Part shown: positions 1 through 13,100 of the stretch, piece by piece
Layout: each line of letters begins with the position of its first letter
How positions within the stretch are numbered: the first letter of the stretch is position 1
Source of the DNA: Rotaria socialis
Taxonomy: Eukaryota
NCBI GenBank assembly: GCA_905331295.1
Contig: CAJNYD010000117.1
Location: forward strand, 62,001-126,000
Direction: 5' to 3'
Length of the DNA: 64,000 bases
Translations under genes and position numbers: made by a program
The notes under the pieces: generated by a model
What the model was told of the DNA's origin: nothing
What the model saw: only the letters and a program-made list of their open reading frames with translations
Database searches by the model: none

Positions 1-255
1 GTATGTGATTCTTTATCGCACAATAAGACATATCCAAACGGCTATGCAGTTCCAATGAAACGTGAAAATAAAGGTAAACTACCCTCCTTTTTTTGAGAAC
101 TACCATTCATAAAAAACTTGATTTTGTTATTATGAAACATTTTAAGAGATTGAATTCTATATAGTGAGTCATTTATTTTATATTTTAACAGTCGTCTTTC
201 TTCAATTGCATTCGCGTTTCTTTTATCTGGCAGAGAGGTTCGTCAGTGAATATCT

Positions 256-2114
256 ATGACAGATTCACACGATTGCCAAGATCAGACAACCATGGGCGCA
301 TGTTTATCTGCCAAGTCCAAACTGGCAATTAAAAATACGCAGATTTCAAATGCACTTTCTGTCTATGTACCATTGGAATCTTTAACTGAGAAGACTGTTC
401 ATTCGATTATTTCGACAGCAACGCGAGCCAGAACTTCCGATTTGAATCATAGTCGACGTACGTTACTCGCTTTTTTACTTGCCATCAACGATAAACTTCA
501 ACAAATTGAGAAAAATGAGAATGTAACTGAACAATGCGATGAACATACCATCCAACATGCTAAACAAGTTCGTCAATGGCTTAGCAGAAAGCATTATTCG
601 GGAAAAGCGATAGATATCGATTGGAATGACTTCAGAGCACATTTCGAGGGCATGTTCCAAGATAACGATGATGAAATTGCAAAGCGTTATCGGCTTAAGA
701 CTCCAGAACCATATTATGAATTGGCTATCCCTGGAGTAAGCTGTTTAACATTACATTACAAGACGAAAAATTTCATTGACACATCAAGGAAAACGTTTTT
801 TTGAAGTTCGACCGCTTTCAAAAATCTGAACAAGCCGAGAATCAAATCATTAGTTGATTGTTTTTGTTGCAAATAGACAGATATATTGTTAAACGAGAAC
901 TAACTTTTGAAACAAAAAATGATTGAGTTCCAATAATTTCAAATAGGCAAAGCAAAAAACCTTTTCAATTTCTATTTCTATTCAGTTACATCCCCATATA
1001 GAACAATCACGTCGATACATCAACCGATTTCGTAAAGATGGTTTCAAACCAGAAGAACTGAAAGTCTATTGGAATGAGGAACAATTGGAAAATCTCTGCC
1101 CGAAACACGGACAGTGCGACAATAGTGAACAGTTCCCACCCCATGATCCATCAGATATTGATGCTATACAATATCTACGTCAATGTCCCGTTTCACAACG
1201 AAATCATGCTGTCGAAATTCGTTATGTTAATAACGGTATTCAACTTGCTGTTTTCGATGTACCAAAGGATGCTCAAATCATTGTTCTCAATTTTGCTGTA
1301 AAGGAATTCATGTTTTTAAAGATTGTTGTCGATTATAATTCAACATTTTAGAATGAAAAATCACCCGGGGGTGGCTATTTGAGACATGCCTGTAAGTATT
1401 CTTCAGCTGCTTTTATCGTGTTGAAATCAACTACTGCAAGATAATTAGTTTATCATTGTCGTGTCGGCTACCATCATTAATTTCGATGGTCTCCTTGCTT
1501 TCGCTTGTATACATTTTTACTTTTTGAAATTAATTTTGCAGGGGCACAAGAAGAAATTATTCTGTATAATTCGGATGGTTACCGAGCTCTACTCGATCTG
1601 AAATACGGACGCATGGGCGGTGGTTATGCTTTACCTGAATTTGGACTTGCTTATGTACGTGACATATGTTTTGTTCATCCCGAAACTGAACATCATCGCC
1701 TAGCTGATATGATGGTATCTGCCTGTTACTGTCTTCACTCCGCTCAACTTTATGACAATCCGAGAAGTGAAGAAGAAGTAATTTGTTTGCAGAAAAAAAA
1801 CAGCATCGTATTTAGACGAAAAACTTTGTATTTCGTTTTAGTACATAGCTTATACTACAGCCAAATTTCGCGCATTTATGGCAGCAGCTATTGCCAATAC
1901 AAAAGGTGATGGATCGAATACTTATCTTCTACTTGGACCTATAGGTACAGGTGCTTTTGGAAATGATGTCCGAAAGATCAGAAACATCTTTTATCAAGTA
2001 CTGTTCTCGAGAATGATGGGGTCAACTGGTCCGATTCGTAATGCGTTCAAACATATTTGGTTTGTTTCTACAGATGCATGGAAGAATGATCTTTTTAAAA
2101 AAATTCTTTCCTGA
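256..2114 (+). CDS. Microbial-type poly(ADP-ribose) glycohydrolase (DUF2263/TIGR02452-like macrodomain), 5 exons: 256-735, 986-1297, 1352-1391, 1542-1777, 1842-2114
   Basis: GT-AG splicing joins the ORF pieces in frame. The product contains VLNFANEKSPGGGYLRHAWAQEE (PARG GGG-x7-QEE catalytic signature) and LLLGPIGTGAFGND (family motif LVLGAxGCGAFxN). Confidence 0.85.
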
Positions 2115-2388
2115 AAATGATCTTCATGCAAATGAATAAAAACTATATGTTGTTTCTCTCTCTCTCTTTTGAATTATTTTGTGTTGGTGTGAATGTTTGT
2201 GAAACGAAGACTCACATCATCATAAATATTTGAAAATCCCTTGTTTTACCTGATAGGGACTCGTGATATATTTTTTCTTTTTTATTGAAATATAATAAGC
2301 TTAACTCCGTCTATAAGAAAACAATTGCTCTTTCATTACGTCTTTTATTGAAATTATAGCAATGTATCTTGGAAATGATGTTCAACTT

Positions 2389-2790
2389 TTAAGGATTAAA
2401 TTTCCAAGTAGATTTGGTAAATAAACAAGAAGTTGACGAATGTCGCGATTTATTGTTACTGTTCTCTTTTCCCGTGAAGTTAGGCGCAACCAATTGCTGA
2501 CAAAAATGATCGCTTGTACATCCGATGAAAAATGAAAACATAAAATTTACAATATTTATAGATTTTAATAAAAGATATGTATCATAGAAGTGATCCATAC
2601 TGTCAGTTTGCTCCTTTATCAATTTAGTGGTCGTCATTTTTATCATACCTATTCACCAAAAACAAATCGTAAATTTAACAGAAATATTTTAAAAGCTACA
2701 TTGAAAGTGAGCCCAAGACGATCATCAAGATCTTCTTGACTTCTAGGTGAAACAACTATAAGGAATTCCGGGAAATTCTTGAGAGTATTG
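2389..2790 (-). pseudogene. Decayed partial tandem duplicate of the adjacent NCS-like gene (C-terminal half)
   Basis: Minus strand reads NFPEFLIVVSPRSQEDLDDRLGLTFN, then YDKNDDH*IDKG and CTSDHFCQQLVAP. These parallel exons of the 3038-4133 gene, with an intron at the same place, an in-frame stop and phase disruption. Confidence 0.7.
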
Positions 2791-3037
2791 ATGTGAATTT
2801 CCTTCTTCTACTCACTCACAACCACACACTGTAAGAAATCATTTGTACCAGCACTCCAACATTACACTGGCTGCCTTTTTTATTATTCAAAAGCAAAACA
2901 AATTTATATCATTCAGAAAACTCTTTTATTACATGAGAACAAAAACTCAGTTAATACGGTTTCTACAATTGTTATAAAACACCGAAACGCATCAAGTATA
3001 TGAAAACTAACTTGAACAATGTCATGCCATGTGGTTA

Positions 3038-4133
3038 TCATTTGCGCACGTCTTCTTCGTCGTAAGGAGCAAGCAAGTGGCGAATAAAATGGTGGCTGTG
3101 GCATCTAATAAACATACAATGAGAAAGTACAAAACCGATGCATATACAATGGAATTAAAAATACTTGTCAATTGCTTCTTCTTTACTCAATTTATTGTCA
3201 CCATCTTTATCACAATCTTTCATTATTTTTTTTGCTACTTTCTTTGGGTCACTGTTACGTTTATTCTCAGTTGCGCCAACAAGATCATACTGAAAAATCA
3301 AAGAACGAAGTTTGGTTTATTTTTCGATATTAATTAAAACTGTACCATAGCAGTGATCATTACTGTCAGTTCTCCTTCATCAATGCCCTCATCGCTATGT
3401 TTCTTATACCTGTATATCAAAAAGATCGTAAATCGAACAAAAGAATTTCATACATTTACATATCGAACAAGACGCTAACGCGGTCCTCAAGTTTTCCCTG
3501 ACTTCCAGGTGACACAGCTATAATAAAATCCGCGAAATTTAGTGAATCGTCGCCAATGCTATTTTGATCCACACACATAGCGCAATAGTTCTGCATTTTT
3601 GTTTCTCTCTGCATTGTTGTTTCTTTCCTGTTGTTTGTAACTTTCGAACCATTTCTATCATTATTACCATTGCTAGCGTATGTGTTAAAGATATAACTAA
3701 AAATTATTAAATATTTTTGAAATTGAATGGTACTCTTTGATCAGATTTTACTTGCAAAAAAAGTCTGCTTTCTCAGGCCGACAATATTGCCGCTGGCATT
3801 CCTTAAATTTGTCCTTGCTAAGTTTACCACTGGGACAATCATGGAGAAATTCCTGATATTACAAGAAATACATGAAGAAACAAAACAATCATCAACTCTC
3901 TACTAACCGCATGCCATTCTTGTATTTCTTTATATGAAAAAGAAAACAAATAGATGAGAAGAAAATGAAAGGAAGAAATTACCTTGTTCAGATAGCTTAG
4001 TGACACATTCAAGTATGTCAATGTCTGAAATTTATGAAATAAAACATTAAATTTTGGCATCAATCAATTTAAGCTACGCACGTTGCTTGCATACTTTTGT
4101 TGGCCCAGATATTTTAACTTGTTTATTACCCAT
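3038..4133 (-). CDS. Neuronal calcium sensor (NCS-1/recoverin/hippocalcin family) EF-hand protein, multi-exon
   Basis: Spliced translation: MGNKQ...EQEIQEWHAEFLHDCPSGKLSKDKF...NFADFIIAVSPGSQGKLEDRVSVLFDMY...YDLVG...MKDCDKDGDNKLSKEE...LLAPYDEEDVRK*. It has an N-terminal MG (myristoylation-type), the CPSG motif of NCS EF1, and a canonical last EF loop. Confidence 0.85.
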
Positions 4134-4301
4134 ATCAAATGATAGTTCCCAGTGAATAGTGAACGATTAAAATTTAGAAAATCTGAAGGAAAAGTTTAAT
4201 TTTAATATTCTTCGTTGTAAATTTGTGAATATTTATAGCATCGTCGGTGGCATTTGTAAAACAAAAACAGAAATGAAAAAAAGCACAATGGTCTCAGCAA
4301 G

Positions 4302-5033
4302 GGTAAACTCAACTTTGATCGACAGTAAAAATGTCGACAGCTAAAAATGTCGAAAGTAAAAATGTCGACAGTTAAAAATATCGAAAGTGCAATATGTCGA
4401 AAGAAATTTATAAAAATAAAATTAAAAAATCTAAAAGAAGGAGTGTTTTAAAAGATATTCGATGAATACATTATTATTGTAGGCAGTGGCGGATCTACCA
4501 GTTAGGCTACCCGGCCATCGCCGCCCGCTTAAGAAACTTTTTCGATTTTCTCCAGCAGATATGAAACAGAAAATAGTCGTTCTGTCTCAACTAGACTTGA
4601 AAAACCGTTTTTTGGTCAGGAGCGCTACCCCCTAACAGATTTTCGGGATCCGTCACTACATGTAGGATGGATGGCGACTTATGTTCGTTTAGATCTATCA
4701 TTGATCTATCAGACATTGGTCACTTAGTACAATGTAATAGAAAAGAATAAGACAATTATTCTTCAATTATTCATTATTCGAGTGATAAATATACATATGG
4801 AAGCCGCCACGGAATCGGCACGCAACATCAACAGTGATTAAAATTTCATTACTTCGAATAAGGGACAACCTCTTTTAATAATGAATCAATTCTGAACACG
4901 ACATTTTTCATGAATACCTACTCAGTTTTCGATATTTTTACTTTTTCGTTTTTTCGACATTTTACTGTCGACATTTTTACCGTCGATATTTTTACTGTCG
5001 ACATTTTTACTGTCGACCAAAGTTCAGAGATTC
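4302..5033. mobile_element. Non-autonomous DNA transposon with tandem-repeat TIRs (MULE/foldback-like)
   Basis: Left end carries repeats of gtcgacagtaaaaat (4311-4390); the inverted repeats atttttactgtcgac lie at about 4930-5024. The element is flanked by direct repeat ctcagcaag at 4293-4301 and 5034-5042. Confidence 0.85.
4484..4658. mobile_element. Nested hAT-like MITE
   Basis: Termini cagtggcggatc ... gatccgtcacta, with imperfect 8-bp flanks attgtagg / catgtagg. Confidence 0.65.
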
Positions 5034-5679
5034 CTCAGCAAGATGTAATTAGTAAGTTCGGAATAAATTTCATACCAATGTATTCGGAAGTAACTTTCGA
5101 GTTATGAATACTTTTATGAGTATATTTACAAGTGGTCTCCAACGAAAGGAACATTCCTAACTGTCGGACACCGTTTGACTTCATACATCGACTGTCAGTA
5201 GGTTTGCATAAAACTAAGAATGCCACAAAACGACTCATCTCTACCCTCTTCCTGAACCGGGATTTAAAAAAAGAGTGTGGGTTCTACCTCCGTTGACACC
5301 TATATTCACATAATTCCACGCATCTACATCAGCACATTAGGAATCCTTGAAAATAGCCGATTTTCTGTGTTGCGTTTTTCTCTCATTGCTAAGATGTCTG
5401 ACTAATCGATATCACGGTTGATTTCCGTAGTTTTTTTTGTCCTTTCAGCGATTAAAACGATGTTAGTGGTCAAATTTCAGAATGCATAACTATTCTGTGG
5501 GTGTACATTGCCGTGTGTTCAGCATGACTATCATCATGACTGTTTTTATGATTAAAAAAAAATGCTAAATAGAAATTCACGCCGACGAAAGTGCACTGAC
5601 ATGCTTATCACACACTGGCTCAATCGCACTCACAGTTTTTTGGTTCAAAATGGCATATCACTAAGGCAATATTTAATTT

Positions 5680-6969
5680 TTAGTTAGTTGCTTCTGTTGT
5701 CAGCGTTTTCTTCTTTTTAGCTACTATCAAATCTACGAGTTCAGTCCTGATTTTTTGTATATCTTTCCATCCGCCTGGTATATTCGCACTTAATTCGTCG
5801 TCCTCCATTGCCATCCATAACATAGCCAAAATACATAGGAATGCAAATGTGATCAGAACAGCAAAGGTCAACGATGTCACATTTAATTCATAGTAATATA
5901 GGAGGATAATGGCAGGGATAATTAGCCCCGGTACTGAAATATAAATGATTGTTAGTAATGCAGTAATACAAGGATTTTTGTACTGGCGCAAGTGGATGCA
6001 ACTGCAGTAATGACAGGGTAAATAAGAGCCACAGCACAGAGTTGGAGCAGTTGTTCCATTGATACCGACTGTTTTAGCCATCATGTGAAATATGCCTTTT
6101 CTAACACCTAGGCGCTTTTGAAGTACATGGAGGTATAGATGTATTAGAGCTTGAGTGATACTCCCGAAAGCAGTCAATAATCCTGCAGTAACGCCAATTT
6201 GTGTCGTAACATCCGATGTTGTTACATCACGCGCAATCCAACGAAAGCATGTTCCACTGAGGGTATCAAATGGAAAAGTGACATTTGCGCCAGTTTGGCA
6301 TTGAAAATATGTATGATTGTCACCACAGAAGCACTCCATCGGACCATAGTTAGGGCATGGGCCACCTCGATAAACAGCTGTACTGGTTAGAATAAGACTG
6401 TTGAGCACAGCCATAATAGCAGCTGAGATGACAGCTGTGGTTAGGATTGTTATGAAAAGTTTATTTGAAAATTTATTTAAAGGAATGTATTTTCCATATA
6501 TATTCAATATTTCACGTTCGTGTTCTGGGTGAGACGAAGGGTTTTGATATGATGCTACCCTATTGTGAACTTTTCTTTGTGTGGCGCTCAAGTTGTCATT
6601 TTTATCAGAATAAGGCCGTACTTCATTATTGTTCGGCGGCTGATCATCGTCAGATGTCGATTCTTCGGCATCATTATTCAATTCCCTTTCTCCATTACAA
6701 AGATTCTTGCAGAAAATTACAATTTTTGAAAGCCTTTCAGTGGCTTTGATTATACGAGCACTTGATATATTAATTTTGGAATTGCGTGAGATAATATTAT
6801 GATGCACATCAATAAAACAACGTTCGATATTGAAGAGTTTAGCAACAATACCATAGAATAGTTGATCGAAATATCGTAGTAAAAAAACCAAGATGACAAA
6901 TGTATTAAAAACAATAGCAGTACTAATGAAAATATTACACCAAACCCAATTCCAATAATTCCAAGCCAT
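5680..6969 (-). CDS. Multi-pass membrane protein of unknown function (429 aa, uninterrupted coding region)
   Basis: Long ORF with about 5 hydrophobic segments, a Cys-containing loop (CPNYGPMECFC...C...C) and a Cys-rich stretch (CCGSYLPCHYCSC). Confidence 0.8.
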   Translation of the reverse strand: MAWNYWNWVWCNIFISTAIVFNTFVILVFLLRYFDQLFYGIVAKLFNIERCFIDVHHNIISRNSKINISSARIIKATERLSKIVIFCKNLCNGERELNNDAEESTSDDDQPPNNNEVRPYSDKNDNLSATQRKVHNRVASYQNPSSHPEHEREILNIYGKYIPLNKFSNKLFITILTTAVISAAIMAVLNSLILTSTAVYRGGPCPNYGPMECFCGDNHTYFQCQTGANVTFPFDTLSGTCFRWIARDVTTSDVTTQIGVTAGLLTAFGSITQALIHLYLHVLQKRLGVRKGIFHMMAKTVGINGTTAPTLCCGSYLPCHYCSCIHLRQYKNPCITALLTIIYISVPGLIIPAIILLYYYELNVTSLTFAVLITFAFLCILAMLWMAMEDDELSANIPGGWKDIQKIRTELVDLIVAKKKKTLTTEATN

Positions 6970-7427
6970 TTCAAAAACGAAAATGATAAGCTAGAAAACA
7001 GATTGAAAAATTGCACTTTTGAACTGTATTGGATGAATTCATAAATAAGAAACATGTTTGAGTGCTTCAAACAGTCTGTTATTCAAAAACCTCATTGAAT
7101 AAAGTTTTAGATACGTGACTTGGAGTGGGCTTGATATTGAGAGCGTGTGAGCAGTGGTCTTCGCTGAATTATCAGCGTAAACCAGTCTCAAATCAACACC
7201 ATTGTGGCTTCATAGTCTCATATGATGCTATTACTTAGCCCACACCTCACAGTGGCACACTACTTAGTCCGTACACTCTATATCTATCAATGCAAGAAAT
7301 CTAGATAAACTGATCGAAAAGGTTGTAAATAGCGTTAAAAGCTGAACGTGATGAAGATAGAATGTTTTCAATTTTTTTACACTTGCAATCTTGTACTGGT
7401 CTCACTTAAAAACCACTGTTGCTCTCA

Positions 7428-7665
7428 AATGAAGAAACTTCTGAATGCATGATTGCTTTCTAAGACATTTAAAACGTCCCTTTTTCGTTCTGTGTCCAAC
7501 CTTGAGTAGAAGAAGCGATAGAAAAATGAGAGTTGTTGTTTGTATTGCCTACAGGAGTCTTATTTTTTACTTTCTCGTAAACCTATACAACAGAAAGAGA
7601 ATTTTGGTGAAAAATGAATTGGGATTTTTCTCAATGAGTAGTCGTAGTATGACACTTTGACATTT
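7428..7665. repeat. Diverged direct repeat, copy 1 (copy 2 at about 9142-9395)
   Basis: Shared blocks in the same order: aatgaagaaacttctgaatg, gttgtttgtatt, tgagtagt..g(t/c)atga.acttt. Confidence 0.55.
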
Positions 7666-10148
7666 ATTTTTGGTTTTGATTAGTATTCGAATAAAATATT
7701 CGGTGATTCTTCTCTTCGGCTAACCAAACATCAGTTGTTGCCATTGTATTTTTGTAAGCAAAAAATAATACTACGTCTCATTCAGAATTTTTTGTAATGT
7801 ACAAGGAAAATATAACAAAACAGAATTTTGAATCGCTCTCCGCTTTCATTTCTACTAGAGAGTAGGATGAAAACAGGCATCTTGTGTTGTCTTGTACTCT
7901 CTCGTAAGCAATAGCCTTCGTTGAATTATCAACATCAACAAGTCCCGTATAGACTAATGTGATACCATGTATACGATGGAGAAACTTTGAATTTAAAGAA
8001 TTATTGTATGCATTTATATATTTAATTAAATTATATAAGATTTTCATTTAGATTTATTGATTTATTTACTAAAAGAAAACGAGCTCCTGACAACTAGTAT
8101 CTTTTTCTTGAATTGAATACACTATGAAATAAAACGAAATTTCTTTATCTATTTCCATTTTCTTTTATTGCTTAGGCCTGAAATGAAAGATAAAAGAAGC
8201 AAATAAATTTAATCGTTGAGTATTACCGTCTTATCTTACAATCACACTATTAGAAAATAAAAGGGAATCGAAATACGTAGACAGATTTGTAAATAGAAAA
8301 CGATTAAAAGTTTTTCACTTCATTTTATAACATATGGAATTGAACAAGGAAACGGCTTAGTCCTTTGTTGCGTTTTCTTTCAAGGAATAAATCTATTAAT
8401 GAAAATTAAAATATTACTAAAGTTAAGTAGTTAAATAATAAAATAGGAAGAGAAACAATTATTAAACTACGAATTACATGGTGTTACATGAGACTATAAA
8501 GCTTATGACGAGAAATGGGCGCATGTGACATGTGAATATGAGTGTACGTCTCAGTCGATGCAAACCCATACCCTCAGCTCCTCAAAGGGGATTAGTGAGA
8601 CTCTGTCTACTTGTAAAATCGTTTGAAGTACAGGAAAGTATGCGCTTCTAGAATCTCGCTTTTTACCTCTTCGCCTTGCATTAACCTAAAATAGTTTATG
8701 AAAATGTGATTTCAAGTTTATGACGTTAATAAACCCTTTTCTATGGTTTATCATTCTTCGATTTTTTTACAATTATCGTGTATGCTTATGAGCATGCTCG
8801 ACATTGCGGATTGGTGTATAGAGTAAACAAAAAGTGTTAGTATTCATGATGAGAGATACTGATTCTGAAAGGGGATTAAGATGTTCCTTCTAGCTTAATT
8901 GGCTTAGGACCTCTATCGGGATAACAGGATATACATGGCTCAAATTACAGTGATGGATCATCTTATTGTCTATCCCGCCAGATAAGATCAGAGATGTTGC
9001 TTAGCCCATATACCTTCTATATCTATCAGTTGCGAAAAATATGGACGAAACGCTTGAAGGTGTGATGATCGAATATATTTTTACTTCTTTTTATACCCAC
9101 AATCTTGTGCTTGTCGGATACAAAATACACTGTTGTCCTTGAATGAAGAAACTTCTGAATGAATGAATGACTGCTTACCAGCATAAATCAAAAGTCTGAT
9201 TTTTCTCGGTCTATGCCCAATCTGGGATAGGAGAATCGCTAAAAGAAAACAAAAATATTTCATCGTTGTTTGTATTATCGGTAGCAATGACATAGCTTTT
9301 TGCCTTATCTTGAATTTATCATGTAGAGAGAAGAACACTGATGAAATTTAATTTGGAATTTTTCCCAGTGAGTAGTGGCATGATACTTTTCTGTGTTTAT
9401 TTGTTTCGAGTCATGATCAAAAAAAGTGTCATACGAAACCCAAAAAATTCCTATTTTTTAAACACAACCGAAACTGTTTCAGGTTTCGTAGAGATGATGT
9501 TTATTAAAACACAATACGTTTATTACTAATAAAAAAGCGTAGTATTGGAGAACGGTTTCGGCAAAAAGAATAATCCGTTACAAACGCAGTGGCGCACCTC
9601 TATCCGATGTACGACTCTTTTGTGTCCCTTTGCTTTGACAGCACTATCAACAAAAAAATGGATGTGTATCTGTATAGCGTACTTTTTCATGGGTCTACTA
9701 CGATATACAACGTGTCCACTATCTATCTTCATATTTAGAGTTTTCCAACGTTAGCAAAATTAATAGTACCTTTCGATTCTTCACAGGGAATGAAAATAAT
9801 GCACTACTACTCGTTTTTTTTATTATCGCTCCCTTCTCAATACAAAGTATAAAAAGAACCAAATCCGTCATGATTAACTGTTATATTGTGATCATCTTTT
9901 GTGTTAATCATGATATTGGAGTTACTGTTGGATGTTAAAACAAGAATTCCCTCTGGTGATGTCTAAGAAAAATTTGAGGGTGTGGATGTGGGTGTGGGTG
10001 CGGGTGCGAATGAAAAGAACACTCAGATCATCGCACCCTCAAGACTATTAATAAATAATAGCATATCGATGTTTGAGGTATAAAATGAAAATAAAATTTA
10101 TTTCTCGGTTTGCTAATAAAATATATAAATAGTTTCGCTTTTGAAATT

Positions 10149-13100
10149 TTAGAAAAACTCGAAACATGATTGTTCTTCGATTAATGATCGTGCCTTATTC
10201 ATTTGTTGTTCTTCGTTCCATGCTTGAATTTCTGCAACTGATCGAACACAATTGTCTCTTTTATCAGTTATTGGAAATGTTAAGTTTGCTAATTTTTGAA
10301 GTTGTAGAACTTCGACTTCCTCATTCACATTTTTGTTGCTTCCAATTTCATAATTCGATAACGAACGTAGATCATTTAAGATTTCGATCAACTGATGTCG
10401 TTGTTTTCTTTCTCTTGTTAAATTATGCCAAGAAAAATAACAGCAAGTTTTACTCTCGATATATCCTGACAACGATTGTATTAGTAAATATAAGATATTG
10501 GCCAAAGCCGTTTTACGAGTATCATTCTTAGCGATGTTTTCTCTTGTGATTGCTTTAAATATCTGCTGTAAAATTTGTTTTGATAATGGAAATTCCATAA
10601 CTCCTCTATCGTATTCACGCTCAATGGTGGACATTGCAAGACTAACCAGAATTTGATTGAAACTCAGCTGGTGAGAATCTTTTATAAACATGAGCTTGGT
10701 TAAATCGCTATTTTGACTAAGCATTGCGACAGATCTTTCAAATCCTTGACAACATAGTAAAGCGCACAATAATCTACCAAAATTTGAATTTAAATCAATT
10801 CCGTTTTCAGTAATCTTTGAAGATTGCGATTTATGATAGCTCTTTGGTTTGTACATTGTATTTACATAAGCCTGTTGATTTGCATTGAAGTGCGCTTCCA
10901 TTTTGAATGGCATACAAGAATTAACCAAGATTAATCGATTACAGAATCGAGCATTTAATTTGGATTGAATTACATAAGTTTTCTCATAGGCAGTAGCCAA
11001 GCGGCATTGCGAAACTGTACTTATTGTATTATCATAGACTACTTGATATAAAAATTCGTCACCACACTGCCGTTGAATTTTCATTCTTTTCTTATTCGCT
11101 TTTTTACTTAACCTGCCATCATCAGGCTGCCCAAATCCTATTCTCGACCTACGATGGTTTATCATTTCCGATTTATTTTCATGGTTAATATTACGAAATG
11201 ATAAATTCTTATAATCGAATATAGCGAAATCCAGCTCATCAATTTTGCAGTTACCGATACATATAAAACCGGCATAATCAGAGGAATTCATATGCTGTAA
11301 AAGCAGATGCGGTGGAATCATATTGAATTTTGATTTCGGATTCGAGTATATAAAAATAATAATGTTTGCTGTATGCAACCATATCAGTTCCGAATTATTC
11401 AATGAACCATATTTTTGAATATCACAATATCGACTTGAATAATTGAGTAATCGAAATAGATTCTGATATGCAAGAAATTCAGCACGGGTAAACAATGAAT
11501 CTGTAATCAAAAGTATATCAGTACGCTCACTTGGCACAAATTTTGGTACAATGCGAATGTTATTCTGATGCTTTTCAATCACCGTGTCACATAGCAAGAG
11601 ATCCAAATTCCAAACTAAGTTGTCATAGTATAGATTCTGAGTATCAGCACTTGAAATAATTGCAAAACGTATCTGTTTTGTTGAGTTTGGTAAAATTTTA
11701 TTGATTTCAAAGATTCCACAACCATCCATCGTCATATGATAAACGTATGCCTCATTTCTACTCGCAGGCACCACTTGAATGAAAGAATGTAATGAGAATC
11801 TACACTTTACAGAGCCCAGTGACCTGGGACAAGTCCCATATACTTCTGTAGATAGATTCGTAAAAGTGACCGTTGCAATGGCTAACTCATTGGGACATAG
11901 AACAAATGGAATTTTTATTTCTTTAATCTGGATCGGATATTGACAGATCAAATTAGTTGAAACTTCGCTGCCACTAAATATACGATTCAGGGGATGAATT
12001 TGGGATGCCAATTGTACACGTTGAATGTACGGTTGACTGAGTGAAGTGGCACGAATGCTATTCATATGGCATGTATATTGATCATAATTATGCAAATTAT
12101 TACCAACATTAGCACCTTGCAACAAAATGCCATCATTTGCATCAGCAGATATATAGTCTGTAGACCGAAACGATAAAATGGCTCCAGCGGGCAAAATCAT
12201 GGCACCATTATTTATCCATTCAACATCGGTAACAAAGCAATTTGAGTTTGGTTTGTAGATTCCATCTTCATTGCCATCTGTAATTGTATAACCAACGACA
12301 CTGGTATGATATTTATCAGGTCTTCGTTGGCAAATGTGATTGTTTGCATCAATTACAACGTATTCAACCGAGCCGTCGCTTGCAGCACACCCATCAGAAC
12401 CATCACTGCCTGGATGCCCATTGACACCACAAGAGCCATATTTACCATCTTTACCAGGTAGGCCCATGGGCGCGGCATTCCATCCCCAACCACCACAACC
12501 TCCTAGTCCGCCTGACCCGCCAGAGCCGAAGCAGCCGCCTTTTCCAGCTGCCCCACCATTACCTTTACGCCCTGCTCGACAATCTATTTCAATTAACATG
12601 AAGAGTTGCGGATCTGCACTTATAACTTGAATATGACCACCGTTGCCTGCATTACCACCTTTCCCACCATCGCCACCGTTTCCTCCGTTTCCTCCATCTC
12701 CTCCATCGCCACCATTCCTTCCATTTCCTTCATTCCCACGATCCTCTTCATCCCAACCAGGTGCACGAAAACTATAAGCATTGAATCCAGATGAACCGTC
12801 GTGGCCTATACCATCTGATCCCCCATCCCTACCAGGTGTACCCAAACTATAAGCATTGAATCCAGATAAACCGTCGTGGCCTATACCACCTGGTCCACCC
12901 GCACCTCCATTTCCTCCATCACCTCCTTGCCCGCCGTTGCCTCCATTGCCTCCAATAGCTTTAATAAGAACGATTCCCTGCGATTCATCTAATGGAAAAT
13001 TATAATTGGCCTTACGAACATATATGATGTTGTTCCAATCAACATGACTATCAGATGGGCAATTCAGTGTTCGAACTATTTTTACTTCTATGTTAAAATC

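Noticed and set aside
4311..5024. Regularly spaced repeats as a possible CRISPR array
   Set aside because: The units abut with no unique spacers, are inverted at the two ends and are bounded by a TSD. The context is eukaryotic with no cas genes.
7778..9754. Several 60-90-aa ORFs
   Set aside because: No homology cues or coherent exon chain; consistent with chance ORFs or unidentifiable remnants.
9910..9950. About 40-bp similarity to 15695-15735 as possible LTR or element ends around the Gly-rich gene
   Set aside because: Too short and diverged, with no TG..CA ends or TSD seen; probably a dispersed repeat fragment.
9974..10042. GGGTGT runs resembling telomeric repeats (also 14774-14789 and 40193-40210)
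   Set aside because: Only 2-5 degenerate units, each followed by an inverted partial copy. This fits a small palindromic repeat family better than a telomere or healing site.
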